Positions 9,431-19,527 of a DNA stretch of 64,000 nt are shown here, one piece after another. This DNA is from a virus. Below the pieces are notes generated by a model. The model did no database searches. It was not told the origin of the DNA and saw only the letters and a list, made by a program, of their open reading frames with translations. Made by a program: the position numbers and the translations under genes. The DNA lies in IMG/VR virus record IMGVR_UViG_3300043570_000998, positions 1 through 64,000 of that record. One strand, given 5' to 3'. The first letter of the stretch is position 1, and every line of letters begins with the position of its first letter.

Positions 9431-9461
9431 AGTATACCACGAAACACGTGTGTGGTAAACT
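9431..9461. promoter_or_regulatory. Back-to-back divergent extended -10 promoters
   Basis: Minus strand TGGTATACT (9431-9439) and plus strand TGGTAAACT (9453-9461). Confidence 0.55.
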
Positions 9462-9475
9462 TAATTAGGAGAAAA

Positions 9476-12400
9476 ATGGCTAATTTATATGCAGACGCAA
9501 TCTTTACAGATCACCCAACTTGCTTGTGGGCTTTAGACGAAACGATTTCTTTAGTAAGCGTACCTTCAATATCCGCACTTAATATTGCTGTAAGTAATAC
9601 TTATGGAGTAAAGGCAAATGCTTATGGCAATACCAGGTTTCCAGGATATTATCTTTCAGATAGCACAGAAGTTTATGTTAGAAATAACGGTATGCCGTTA
9701 GTCTTTGGATCATCATCGGTAACAAATATTTTGCCAAATGCCGACCACTCTGGTGAACCATCCCTGATTATTCCTGGATTTGGTTTTTTAAACAATGACG
9801 GCAGAGCAAAGAATCTAACTCTTGAAGTTTGGATTAGAGTAACATCATCAACACACTACCCTAGAAAAATAATTGGTCCTATTACTGGAACAGATGGACT
9901 ATATGTTAATGGACCATTTCTTACCTTAAAGGTAGACGACTATGTGGGGTCTCACTATGTTGGCGAGTGGGGTAGACCAATGCTTGTACAGATATACTAC
10001 ACAGGCAGCGGTGCTGGTGTTATCTTAAATGGTGAACAGGTTATATCCCTCACTTTTGACTACAAGAAAATTATTCTTGCATCAAAAACTTCAGTTGGCG
10101 GTGCTGATCAAGACTGGATTGGTTTTTACGCATATTCAAATGTCCCAATTATGCAGGTAGATTGTGTTGCAATTTATCCATATAAAATGTCAGCTCAAAA
10201 AGCAAAGCTTCACTATGTAAAAGGGCAGTCAGTTGACTCACCAGAAACTAGAAATACTTCTTATTCAGATGTCCCAATAATCTTTGACTATCAATTCTCT
10301 AAATATGCAAATAACTATATTTATCCTGGTAGTGGCAGATGGCAAAATGGAATAATTAATAATATTTCTACAGATAATAACTTGCTATCTGTACCAAATT
10401 ATTCTTTACCAGAAATTATTTTTCAGCAAACATCTACGCAAGAGCCAAAAACTGTTGATGGATGGTATGACTTACAAGAAACACTAACAGGTCAAAGTAT
10501 GACAACAACTCTAGTTGACGGTGATTTGCTTGATGATGAGGCTTTCTTTTCAATAAACCCAACAGAATCTGTTATAACAGAAAGTTCAGATGGTGGTACG
10601 CAAACAACAACAATAGAATCTATGTGGTCAAATGGATACCTAGTCTTTAATGAGTTTAATGTTTTATCGGGTAATAATGTAGAAGCTGTTTATGGAGTGT
10701 TTAAGATATTGACTCTGCCAGCAACAAAACAGGTACTATTTAAAATAGTTAATAACCTTGGACAATACTTTGAAGCATCACTACTTGACAATGACATATC
10801 TTATGTATTTGGATCTAGTGCAGGAGTAATTGAAACATTTACATCATCTAATGTGGTTATAGCAAATACTAAGTTTGTAGCAGGTATAGACATTAAAACT
10901 ATAGTTAGTCAGTCAACATCGCAAGATCTTACTGGATTTTTTGCAAATAGATCTTCGTTAAAGATGTATGTTGGTGGAACTTCAACATTTGAAAATACTT
11001 TTACTGGGAATATTTATAAAATTGGATTCTGCAATCAACAAAACTTTGCAAAAATATCAAGCAAGTTTTCAAGCGGTAAAGCAACTAATGCAGAACTAGC
11101 AACATTTGAGTCACACTTTGCATCATATACTCTTATAGGGTCAACTACGTTTGGCTCATTCGGACTTGACATTGCGGTTAATTCTACTTGGGAAGATTAC
11201 GTTCCGCTCTCACTACTCGGAAAAAATGTGGTAAATGATTCTTCTGGAAACCTTGACTACAGGCTTGACTTTATTCAACACAATATTGATTATCCAAATA
11301 TCTCCAATGTGACTAATGCAATAGTTAGATCATATGTAGAGTTTAAAGAAGTTGCTACATCTATTATTGATGTCAGTCAAACAGAAAAAACAAGTGTAAA
11401 CTTATCTTCACCAAATACATACATTGTTGCACCAGATGGCTCTTGGCAAAATAAAAGATATGAGGTTCAAAACAATACAGTTATTAAACTTCCAACTGGA
11501 GGATATGATGATTTTGAAGACCTTGCACTTACAACGTATATAGAATTTTTTATTCCTGGCATTATTAGAAATCCTGTTTCAATTAGATCGCTTCATATTT
11601 CTGCACAAGCACTAACTTATGAAATTCCTACAGAAATTGGTACTAAGCTTGGAAAAGATATTTACTCTTATGGAACAGATAGTGGAAACATCGCCTATAG
11701 ACCTTCATCTATTAACACTTATACTGTTTATAAAAATAGCACTCCATATTTATATCTAAGCAATTATACTGGAATAAAACTTTTAGGGACAACTGATGGC
11801 ACAAGAGGAATTGAGATTCCAATTAATAAAAATCTTAATGATGTATATAAGGTTAATTATGTTCAAATGTCTATGCTCAGTGAGATTGATTTTCCAAATA
11901 CTGCAGCAGAAATTTTTAGAGTAAAAGATTCAACTAAAGAGTTGATTGTTAAAACTGTTAGAGTAGATGCAAATTCTGCAACACTGTCTGTAACTTTAAA
12001 TGGATCTGCCTATGCGGATGCAGATGTATTTGTTGACGGTATACAAAATGGAACAATATATAAAAATCAATGGCATATGATTGGTATTCAATGCGATCCA
12101 CTTCTTACATTTGATAACTTTGGCACTGGCTACATTAGAATTACTGGTCCATTCTTGATTAATAATGTTTCAGATTATCAAATTCCAGCAGACCTTATAC
12201 GAGATAATCAAATCTATGATACTTGGAATGAGTATGTTGTGCCAGCAGATGCAGATAATAACTGGGCAAACGTCTTAACGGTATCGGCAACAACGCAAAA
12301 ATGGCAAGATGCATATATAGACTCTATTCAACAAGTTGGTGCAGTATTAAGTCCATCACAAATATACAACACATATCTTGGCAATAATAGAATAACATCG

Positions 12401-12493
12401 GACGAACAGAACACAAAACTTTCGGTATATTCTGATAGTTATAAAGTTTATCTAGACAACAGGTGGCAAACATATAACATCCTACCCCTATAA
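9476..12493 (+). CDS. Large virion protein with LamG/concanavalin-like N-terminal domain
   Basis: RBS AGGAG before ATG9476; D.P...W.LDE and TLEVWI motifs; beta-rich. Confidence 0.55.
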   Translation: MANLYADAIFTDHPTCLWALDETISLVSVPSISALNIAVSNTYGVKANAYGNTRFPGYYLSDSTEVYVRNNGMPLVFGSSSVTNILPNADHSGEPSLIIPGFGFLNNDGRAKNLTLEVWIRVTSSTHYPRKIIGPITGTDGLYVNGPFLTLKVDDYVGSHYVGEWGRPMLVQIYYTGSGAGVILNGEQVISLTFDYKKIILASKTSVGGADQDWIGFYAYSNVPIMQVDCVAIYPYKMSAQKAKLHYVKGQSVDSPETRNTSYSDVPIIFDYQFSKYANNYIYPGSGRWQNGIINNISTDNNLLSVPNYSLPEIIFQQTSTQEPKTVDGWYDLQETLTGQSMTTTLVDGDLLDDEAFFSINPTESVITESSDGGTQTTTIESMWSNGYLVFNEFNVLSGNNVEAVYGVFKILTLPATKQVLFKIVNNLGQYFEASLLDNDISYVFGSSAGVIETFTSSNVVIANTKFVAGIDIKTIVSQSTSQDLTGFFANRSSLKMYVGGTSTFENTFTGNIYKIGFCNQQNFAKISSKFSSGKATNAELATFESHFASYTLIGSTTFGSFGLDIAVNSTWEDYVPLSLLGKNVVNDSSGNLDYRLDFIQHNIDYPNISNVTNAIVRSYVEFKEVATSIIDVSQTEKTSVNLSSPNTYIVAPDGSWQNKRYEVQNNTVIKLPTGGYDDFEDLALTTYIEFFIPGIIRNPVSIRSLHISAQALTYEIPTEIGTKLGKDIYSYGTDSGNIAYRPSSINTYTVYKNSTPYLYLSNYTGIKLLGTTDGTRGIEIPINKNLNDVYKVNYVQMSMLSEIDFPNTAAEIFRVKDSTKELIVKTVRVDANSATLSVTLNGSAYADADVFVDGIQNGTIYKNQWHMIGIQCDPLLTFDNFGTGYIRITGPFLINNVSDYQIPADLIRDNQIYDTWNEYVVPADADNNWANVLTVSATTQKWQDAYIDSIQQVGAVLSPSQIYNTYLGNNRITSDEQNTKLSVYSDSYKVYLDNRWQTYNILPL

Positions 12494-12511
12494 TATGGTA
12501 TACTGGTGGTT

Positions 12512-12895
12512 ATGGAACAGGAAAAGATAGATCCAATTGAGCAAGCTCTTGGTAAAGCAAAACTAACAGTAGTCAAAGAAGAATACTCAGACTTTGGTAC
12601 ATATATTTGGGTAAAGGCAAACGGAAAACCTTTTACTGATGGAAGCAACAATGTTTTGTCTATTGAGTCAATGAAAAATGACCGTGAGCGTATTAAAAAA
12701 CTTATGGATGCCGCTGCATACTATGGAGAAGCAGAAGGTCAGGCTATTTTCTATCCAAACACAAAACAGATTTCAGACGAAACACACTCTGAGCAGATTG
12801 ATCGTATGAAGCAAGGACTAATTCCAAATATGAATGATCTTGGTGCAGTTATTGCAGCAAAGAATACAATAAATGTATACGGAGATGAAGACTAA
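12512..12895 (+). CDS. Hypothetical protein preceding the portal
   Basis: TGGTATACT 7 nt upstream of ATG12512; coupled to portal by TAATG. Confidence 0.6.
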   Translation: MEQEKIDPIEQALGKAKLTVVKEEYSDFGTYIWVKANGKPFTDGSNNVLSIESMKNDRERIKKLMDAAAYYGEAEGQAIFYPNTKQISDETHSEQIDRMKQGLIPNMNDLGAVIAAKNTINVYGDED

Positions 12896-14499
12896 TGAGT
12901 GAAGAGCCTAGGGAATACATTATCCGTGCAAAGATGGATAATTTTGCAGAGGAAGAAAATGTGTTTAAAGCACAAGATCCATTTATTAAAGACTGGGATG
13001 GTATTAAATCGCTTTCGGGTCTTAATGCAAACTTTAAGCGTCGTGCAACAAGAATGGCAAAAGCTGTAGATATAACACCTGCGTATCTTGATAGTGCAAT
13101 GGCTACAAGTTCAGGTGTTAATGGAGCACGTTCAAAGGAAATTAATCCTGGAACTGTCTACCACAACGGCTATGGTCTCTTTGATGTAATTACCCCACCC
13201 TGGAACCTTTACGAACTTGCAAACTACTACGACACATCATTTGCTAACCACGCCGCTATTGATGCAAAAGTAGAAAACATTGTTGGTCTTGGTTATGACT
13301 TTCAGCCAACAAAAAGTACAATGTTTGCTATTGAGGGGTCTACAGATTCAGCTGCAGAAAAAGCACGTAAGCGTATTGAACGTGCAAGAATTTCAATGCG
13401 TGAATGGATAGAAACACTCAACGACGATGATTCTTTTACAAACACAATGATGAAGTTTTATACAGATGTTCAGGCTACAGGAAATGGATACCTTGAAATT
13501 GGTCGCACCGTGACAGGTGAGATTGGATACGTTGGTCACATTCCCTCAACCACAATGCGAGTCCGTAGACTAAAAGATGGCTACGTTCAGATTATCGGTA
13601 ACAAGGTTGTCTACTTCAGAAATTTTGGGGCAGTTAACCCAAACCCAGTAACTGACGACCCACGACCCAATGAGATTATTCACTACAAGGAATACTCTCC
13701 ACTCAACACATACTACGGAATCCCAGACATTATGTCTGCAATCTCTTCTCTTCACGGAGACCAGCTTGCCTCACAATACAACATTGACTACTTTGGAAAT
13801 AAAGCTGTGCCTCGTTACGTTGTAACCCTTAAGGGTGCAAAACTTTCGGACGATGCAGAGGACAAGATGTTCCGCTTCCTACAGACAAGCCTAAAGGGAC
13901 AGTCACACCGCACATTATATATTCCTCTTCCTGGCGACTCAGAGACCAATAAGGTGGAGTTTAAGATGGAGCCAATTGAGAATGGTGTACAAGAAGCATC
14001 ATTTAATCAGTATCGTATCCGCAACCGTGACGACATTCTTGTTGCTCATCAAGTTCCTTTGTCAAAAATTGGTGGTGGGGATGCTGCAAGCATTGCTGCT
14101 GCTCTTGCACAAGATCGCACATTCAAAGAACAGGTTGCACGTCCTGCACAAACTAATCTTGAAAAAGTTCTTGGCAAAATTATCAGAGAAAAGACAGACA
14201 TTCTTGAGCTTAAGTTTAATGAACTAACACTTACAGATGAAATTGCACAGTCACAGATTCTAGAGCGTTATGTTAAGACACAAATTCTTACACCTAATGA
14301 GGCTCGTGAAAAGCTTGGTCTTGGTCAACGTGCAGACGGTGACGAGGTGTTTCAAATGACACCACGTCAAGCAACTGATGCTCGTGCAAACACTGCACAG
14401 AACAGACAACGCGATACAGAGCGTACAAACAATAATTCAGATAGCACATCAACCACCACTGGAAGAAACGCACAGGGCGAAGGAAGAGCATCTCAATAG
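12895..14499 (+). CDS. Portal protein
   Basis: TGNGYLEI, EIIHYK.YSP...YYGIPD, YF.N.AVP and LTPNEARE.LGL motifs of HK97/PBSX-type portals. Confidence 0.9.
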   Translation: MSEEPREYIIRAKMDNFAEEENVFKAQDPFIKDWDGIKSLSGLNANFKRRATRMAKAVDITPAYLDSAMATSSGVNGARSKEINPGTVYHNGYGLFDVITPPWNLYELANYYDTSFANHAAIDAKVENIVGLGYDFQPTKSTMFAIEGSTDSAAEKARKRIERARISMREWIETLNDDDSFTNTMMKFYTDVQATGNGYLEIGRTVTGEIGYVGHIPSTTMRVRRLKDGYVQIIGNKVVYFRNFGAVNPNPVTDDPRPNEIIHYKEYSPLNTYYGIPDIMSAISSLHGDQLASQYNIDYFGNKAVPRYVVTLKGAKLSDDAEDKMFRFLQTSLKGQSHRTLYIPLPGDSETNKVEFKMEPIENGVQEASFNQYRIRNRDDILVAHQVPLSKIGGGDAASIAAALAQDRTFKEQVARPAQTNLEKVLGKIIREKTDILELKFNELTLTDEIAQSQILERYVKTQILTPNEAREKLGLGQRADGDEVFQMTPRQATDARANTAQNRQRDTERTNNNSDSTSTTTGRNAQGEGRASQ

Positions 14500-14563
14500 T
14501 ATGTTATACTAAATGTAACAACAATATAACATTGTTGTAAAAAACGGTATATAATTAATTAAT

Positions 14564-15817
14564 ATGACTATTTCTAAAGCCCACTGGGACACTGAAGGCG
14601 AAAACGTTCGTCTATCAATGCCGTTCTCAAAAGTTGACGAAGAGCGACGTATCGTCTCTGGTTTTGCAACGCTTGATAACCTTGACAAGCAGAATGACAT
14701 TGTTACTCCAGAAGCTTCAGTCAAAGCTTTTGAAAAGTTCCGTGGTAACATTCGTGAAATGCACCAACCAAAAGCGGTAGGCAAAATGGTTTCATTTAAA
14801 GAGGACAAGTATTTTGACCCAGAGTCAAAGAAATTTTATTCAGGTGTTTATGTTTCAACATACATCTCAAAGGGTGCTCAGGACACTTGGGAAAAGGTTC
14901 TAGACGGAACACTATCAGGATTCTCCATTGGTGGCAAGATGAACCAGTGGGACGATGCCTTTGACGAGAAGATGGATGCTACTATTCGTATTATTAAAGA
15001 CTACGACCTCGTAGAGCTTTCACTAGTTGATACCCCTGCAAATCAGTTTGCAAATGTTCTGTCTGTCGAAAAGGTAGACGGTGTTGACGTAATCACAGGA
15101 GATTCCGTGGATGTAGAAATTGAAAATGTTTTCTGGGACGAAGCAAACGGTATCGTAATGCTCTCAGTAAACGAGTCCGAACTCAGCCCAACAACTGGTG
15201 CTGAAATGAAAAACATCGGCTTTGTAGAAAAGTCAGATGCAGAAAAACCAGAAATGGTGAAGTTCTTAGTAGATAGTGCTAAAGGCATTAATACTTCTAA
15301 GATAACTAAGGAGGTAAGTCCTATGACTGATGAAGTAAATGAAGCAGTCGCTGAGACAGTAGAAGAAGTCGCTGTCGAAGCTGAGGTCGCTCCAGAGGCA
15401 GATGTTGAAGTAGCAGAAGAGGCAACAGAAGAGGTTGCAGTTGAAGAAACTGTGGCTGATGAAGAGGTTGCCGAAAAGGTTGATTCAGTATCCACGTCAG
15501 ACGAAGTTCTTGTAGACGCAGTTGCTGAAATCAAGGATACCGTTACAAAAGCCTTTAGCGATCTAACAGCAGTTGTTCAGGCACAAGCCGAACAAATTGC
15601 ACAATTAAGCAAGTCAATTGACTCTGTAAAAAATGAGGTAACAGAGACAAAGGGCGAGTTTAACGAGTTTGGAAAGAGAGTTGACGCTGTTGAAGCCGAT
15701 ACCGCTTTCCGCAAATCTGGCGATCTAGGCGAGATCGTACAGGAAAATCAATCAGATAAGATTGAGAAATCCCTATGGGACGGACGTTTCCTCAAAACTG
15801 CCGATCTATTCAAATAA
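14564..15817 (+). CDS. Prohead protease fused to acidic scaffold domain
   Basis: IREMH, GFSIGG and ELSLVD.PAN protease motifs; Glu-rich coiled-coil C-terminal half. Confidence 0.88.
   Translation: MTISKAHWDTEGENVRLSMPFSKVDEERRIVSGFATLDNLDKQNDIVTPEASVKAFEKFRGNIREMHQPKAVGKMVSFKEDKYFDPESKKFYSGVYVSTYISKGAQDTWEKVLDGTLSGFSIGGKMNQWDDAFDEKMDATIRIIKDYDLVELSLVDTPANQFANVLSVEKVDGVDVITGDSVDVEIENVFWDEANGIVMLSVNESELSPTTGAEMKNIGFVEKSDAEKPEMVKFLVDSAKGINTSKITKEVSPMTDEVNEAVAETVEEVAVEAEVAPEADVEVAEEATEEVAVEETVADEEVAEKVDSVSTSDEVLVDAVAEIKDTVTKAFSDLTAVVQAQAEQIAQLSKSIDSVKNEVTETKGEFNEFGKRVDAVEADTAFRKSGDLGEIVQENQSDKIEKSLWDGRFLKTADLFK
15323..15817 (+). CDS. Probable nested scaffolding protein (in-frame internal start)
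   Basis: AAGGAGGT then ATG15323, in frame with the protease. Confidence 0.6.
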   Translation: MTDEVNEAVAETVEEVAVEAEVAPEADVEVAEEATEEVAVEETVADEEVAEKVDSVSTSDEVLVDAVAEIKDTVTKAFSDLTAVVQAQAEQIAQLSKSIDSVKNEVTETKGEFNEFGKRVDAVEADTAFRKSGDLGEIVQENQSDKIEKSLWDGRFLKTADLFK

Positions 15818-15841
15818 AAAAATCACTTAGGAGGTGACAAA

Positions 15842-16945
15842 ATGTCGGAAGAAATTATTAAAAACTATCCAGCCGCAGCTGGCTTCGGAGCCGCAGAAGT
15901 AAACGGTGAAGGAGCATTCGCATCTGGTGGAATTGGTGGTGTTGCAAGCCCTGGAGCAGACACTCTAGGTAACATCCCCACCGCAAGCTTTGGTGTTACA
16001 ACTGGATCAAACGCCGTAAACCCTTCGGGTGATGCAGGTAGTGGTATTCTACGACCTGAACAGGCTCGTAGATTTATTGACTACGTTTGGGACGGTACTA
16101 TTCTCGCTAAAGATGGTCGTCGTGTCACAATGAGAGCCAATACAATGGAACTCGAAAAAGTCAACGTTGGAGAACGAGTTATTCGTGCTGCAAACCAGGC
16201 TGATGCGACATATACAAACGCAGGTGCAACCTTTGCTAAGGTTGAACTAACAACAAAGAAGCTTCGCCTTGACTGGGAAGTTTCTGCTGAGGCATTAGAA
16301 GACAACATTGAAGGTGCAGCCCTTGAGGACCACCTTGTTCGTCTAATGACCAACGCATTTGCAAATGACATTGAGGACCTTGCCGTTAACGGTACAGGTA
16401 CTGGAGGGAACTCATTCCTTAACATTATGGAAGGATTCGTTCGTAAGGTTCGTTTCGGTGGAGATGCTCACGAGTATTCTGCAACCGTTACAAGCGGTGC
16501 GTGGACTCCAGAGGTTCTTCAGGGTGTTATTTCTGCTCTACCAAGAAAGTATCGTGCTCTTAAGAACGGTCTTAAGTTCTATGCAAGTACTGATACCTTT
16601 GCTGACATCGTTAAGCAAAATGGTACAGCATCAAGCAACATCTGGACCGAGCAGTACCGTAACGCATACCTTGCAGGTACTGACCAGGTTCTAGGAGAGG
16701 CTCGTGCAACTCGTGTACTAGGTATTCCAGTAATGGAAGTTCCTTACTACCCAGACAACTACGTTGACCTTACATTCCCCTCAAACCGCATTTGGGGTTT
16801 CCAGCGAGATATCACTGTAAACCGCGAATACGTTGCGAAGAAAGACACAATCGAATACACCGTATTCGTTCGTTTCGGACTTCAGTGGGAAGAGGAAGAC
16901 GCTGTAGCTTGGGTTGATAGCGATAGCCAGGACTCATCTTCATAA
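15842..16945 (+). CDS. Major capsid protein (HK97 fold)
   Basis: Follows protease; RBS AGGAGGT; GIL.PEQA..FID and E.LEDNIEG motifs; codon bias of a highly expressed gene; terminator follows. Confidence 0.9.
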   Translation: MSEEIIKNYPAAAGFGAAEVNGEGAFASGGIGGVASPGADTLGNIPTASFGVTTGSNAVNPSGDAGSGILRPEQARRFIDYVWDGTILAKDGRRVTMRANTMELEKVNVGERVIRAANQADATYTNAGATFAKVELTTKKLRLDWEVSAEALEDNIEGAALEDHLVRLMTNAFANDIEDLAVNGTGTGGNSFLNIMEGFVRKVRFGGDAHEYSATVTSGAWTPEVLQGVISALPRKYRALKNGLKFYASTDTFADIVKQNGTASSNIWTEQYRNAYLAGTDQVLGEARATRVLGIPVMEVPYYPDNYVDLTFPSNRIWGFQRDITVNREYVAKKDTIEYTVFVRFGLQWEEEDAVAWVDSDSQDSSS

Positions 16946-16961
16946 TCTGAGTTCAACTCTT

Positions 16962-16996
16962 AGGGGAGGCAGGGATTTCGGTCCTTGCCTCTCTTA
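16962..16996 (+). terminator. Stem-loop terminator after major capsid gene
   Basis: GGGGAGGCAGGGA-TTTCGG-TCCTTGCCTCTC. Confidence 0.7.
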
Positions 16997-17028
16997 CTAT
17001 CTGATATAATTATTGAAGGAGGTTTCTA

Positions 17029-17493
17029 ATGTCAAATGAAACAATTATCGAAACAGTCGAAGAGACAGTTGAAGAAGTACTAGAAACAATTGAAGAAGTA
17101 ATAGAAAATTCTGTAGAAGCCCTAGAGGAATCAATTGCAGATTTAAAACAAAAGTCAAAAGGTATGCCAGAAACAGATGAAGATAACGTAATCGGTTCAT
17201 CTCGTACAGTTGCCAAAGGTGGCAAAAAGTCTGGTGCAATTACACAAACACCAAGTGGTGCTATCGGCTCAGGAGCCGCAAGTAAGTCACCAAAAGTAAA
17301 GGCGGTAGAGCCTAAAGTTATTAAGAAAGAAACAGTAGCAGTATTCTCTACACGAAATGTCTTGTGGGAAGGCGTAGGGAAGATTGATAAAGGGTACAAC
17401 ATTGTAGACAAAGCAGAGGCTGAGAAATGGCTTAAGCGAGATCACGTGCGTACCGCAACCCCAGAAGAGGTTGCAAAGGAGTACGGAATTTAA
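17029..17493 (+). CDS. Hypothetical head-associated protein with acidic N-terminus
   Basis: Own promoter TGATATAAT at 17002-17010 and RBS AAGGAGG. Confidence 0.6.
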   Translation: MSNETIIETVEETVEEVLETIEEVIENSVEALEESIADLKQKSKGMPETDEDNVIGSSRTVAKGGKKSGAITQTPSGAIGSGAASKSPKVKAVEPKVIKKETVAVFSTRNVLWEGVGKIDKGYNIVDKAEAEKWLKRDHVRTATPEEVAKEYGI

Positions 17494-18404
17494 TGGAATT
17501 ACTAAGGTTATCGCCATATACTAGCGTTGGGTTTACATATACTATCCCAGCGACTTATACAACTAATGAGGTGTTTACAGCAACCATTACTGACTTGGCA
17601 GACCTTAGTTCAACCACACAAACCGTAACAGATAATGCAGCCTATGTGTGGACAATCACATTGTCAGGAAAGTATGACTCAGATTATAGAGTTGTAATTA
17701 CGGATGCGTCAGGAGATGTTCTTCAAGATGATACCTACCAAGTCCGTAGACCATACCTAAACCCAAACACACTAGCAGACACAGCGTCTGACATAACTGC
17801 AAAAACACTTAATGAAGAACTAGCAAGAGCAATTGTTGATTCTGTAATTCCACAAGGATTTTACTACAAAAAAACAACTTTTGAAACTACTGGTCTTGGA
17901 GCAGACTACTTGCCACTATGGGTAGATGCAAAGAAACTTTTGCAGGTGTACGAAAACAATGTTTTGATTTATGATGCAAGTGATCCAACAGCTTATATAC
18001 GAAACTTTGAAATTACAAAAGATAAGACTGCTATAACTCAAACCTATACAGGAGAGTTAAATAGAAACGAAGGTGCAAGCCTTATTCTTCCTGCTGGAAG
18101 CACAGATTACTTAGACTTAAACTTTGGAGTGTGGGGAGGCTTTCCTCAAACATACGACTACAGAGTTGTTGTAGAGTCTGGATACACATCCGTTCCATCA
18201 GATATTGCTCGTGCAATCGGACTATTAATAACAGACATTGAGTGCGGTCAGTTCGACTATTACAAGCGATATGTCACAGCATACAATACCGATCAGTATA
18301 AGCTACAGTTTGATAAGCGATCATTTGAGGGAACAGGTAATATTCTTGTAGACAAAATACTTTCTAAGTATGCTAAGTCTATTACAAGACTAGGGGTGTT
18401 GTAA
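17493..18404 (+). CDS. Head-to-tail adaptor (putative)
   Basis: Position; GY..VP.DI..A...LI motif; ILSKY near C-terminus. Confidence 0.6.
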   Translation: MELLRLSPYTSVGFTYTIPATYTTNEVFTATITDLADLSSTTQTVTDNAAYVWTITLSGKYDSDYRVVITDASGDVLQDDTYQVRRPYLNPNTLADTASDITAKTLNEELARAIVDSVIPQGFYYKKTTFETTGLGADYLPLWVDAKKLLQVYENNVLIYDASDPTAYIRNFEITKDKTAITQTYTGELNRNEGASLILPAGSTDYLDLNFGVWGGFPQTYDYRVVVESGYTSVPSDIARAIGLLITDIECGQFDYYKRYVTAYNTDQYKLQFDKRSFEGTGNILVDKILSKYAKSITRLGVL

Positions 18405-18853
18405 TGTCTATTTGCGAATCCCCAGATTTTATGTTCCCAATGATGGCAGACGTTTACTATCCAATTGCTGAAACAGGTGCATATGGGAATGTAATAAAGT
18501 CTTGGATTCTAGACAAAACAATTGTTTGCTCATTTAATGAAGCTGGGGTTTCATATAAAGAAGACATTAAACCAGATCCAGACATTAAGACCGATACGTT
18601 ACTTCTTGGAAGAGTCAAAAAAGATATTCGCATTTCAAGCGTTGATGCAAAAAATGCAACAACTAATGTTCTTATAACAAATATTCGGGATAAATTTGGA
18701 AACTTAATTTACCTTGAAACATCTGGACCAAGAAATGGAAAGTCCACCTTATTTGAAATTGCAACACAGGCTCCATTTGTTAATCCGTTTGGTTCTGTAG
18801 AATATTATAAGGTAGTTCTACGCCGCTCTGAAAATCAGGGGGCAGACGTATAA
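18404..18853 (+). CDS. Head-to-tail stopper (putative)
   Basis: Synteny, size, beta-rich. Confidence 0.5.
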   Translation: MSICESPDFMFPMMADVYYPIAETGAYGNVIKSWILDKTIVCSFNEAGVSYKEDIKPDPDIKTDTLLLGRVKKDIRISSVDAKNATTNVLITNIRDKFGNLIYLETSGPRNGKSTLFEIATQAPFVNPFGSVEYYKVVLRRSENQGADV

Positions 18854-19527
18854 TGAAAACAAAATTCAATGACACTCTATTTCTTAAAGAAATGAATAAT
18901 ATGATTCAATATTCTTTTGGATTTACCGAAGGCGTTAAGCGAGGAAGAAATCATATTCTTAATGCTGTTGGCAAGGATGCTATTGAATTAATTAAACAAT
19001 ATGTTGATTCATCTGCCAGAACAAATCCTGGACTTCTTCATCATATGTATGAATGGAATCAAACTGGAAGTCCAAATGCAAGATTATTTGATATTGATTA
19101 TACAATATCTGGAGTCGGACTGTCTATTAAAACAACATTTAGACAGTCAACATCCATAAAAAATGGCTCTACCGTTCCATTTTATGACAAGGCAAGAATT
19201 ATAGAAAACGGTATTCCTGTTACAATCCGACCTCGTAAAGCATCGGTACTTGCATTTGAAGATAATGGAGAACAAGTTTTTACTAAAGGTCCAATAGTAA
19301 TTGATAATCCTGGAGGAGTTGAATCTTTAGGCGGATTTGAAAAAACATTTGACTCATTCTTTAATAGCTATTTTTCACAAGCCTTTTTAAGAATTAGTGG
19401 TGTAATGGGTTATATTCAAAATCCTACAGTCTTTGCAAAAAATCTATCAGCAGGAAAACGTGGCGGTAGATCAGTAGGTATTTCAACAGGCTACACTTGG
19501 GTAGCAAACATAGGAGTTAAACGATAA
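18853..19527 (+). CDS. Neck/tail completion protein (putative)
   Basis: Synteny; E.G.PV.IRP.KA.VLAF motif. Confidence 0.5.
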   Translation: MKTKFNDTLFLKEMNNMIQYSFGFTEGVKRGRNHILNAVGKDAIELIKQYVDSSARTNPGLLHHMYEWNQTGSPNARLFDIDYTISGVGLSIKTTFRQSTSIKNGSTVPFYDKARIIENGIPVTIRPRKASVLAFEDNGEQVFTKGPIVIDNPGGVESLGGFEKTFDSFFNSYFSQAFLRISGVMGYIQNPTVFAKNLSAGKRGGRSVGISTGYTWVANIGVKR

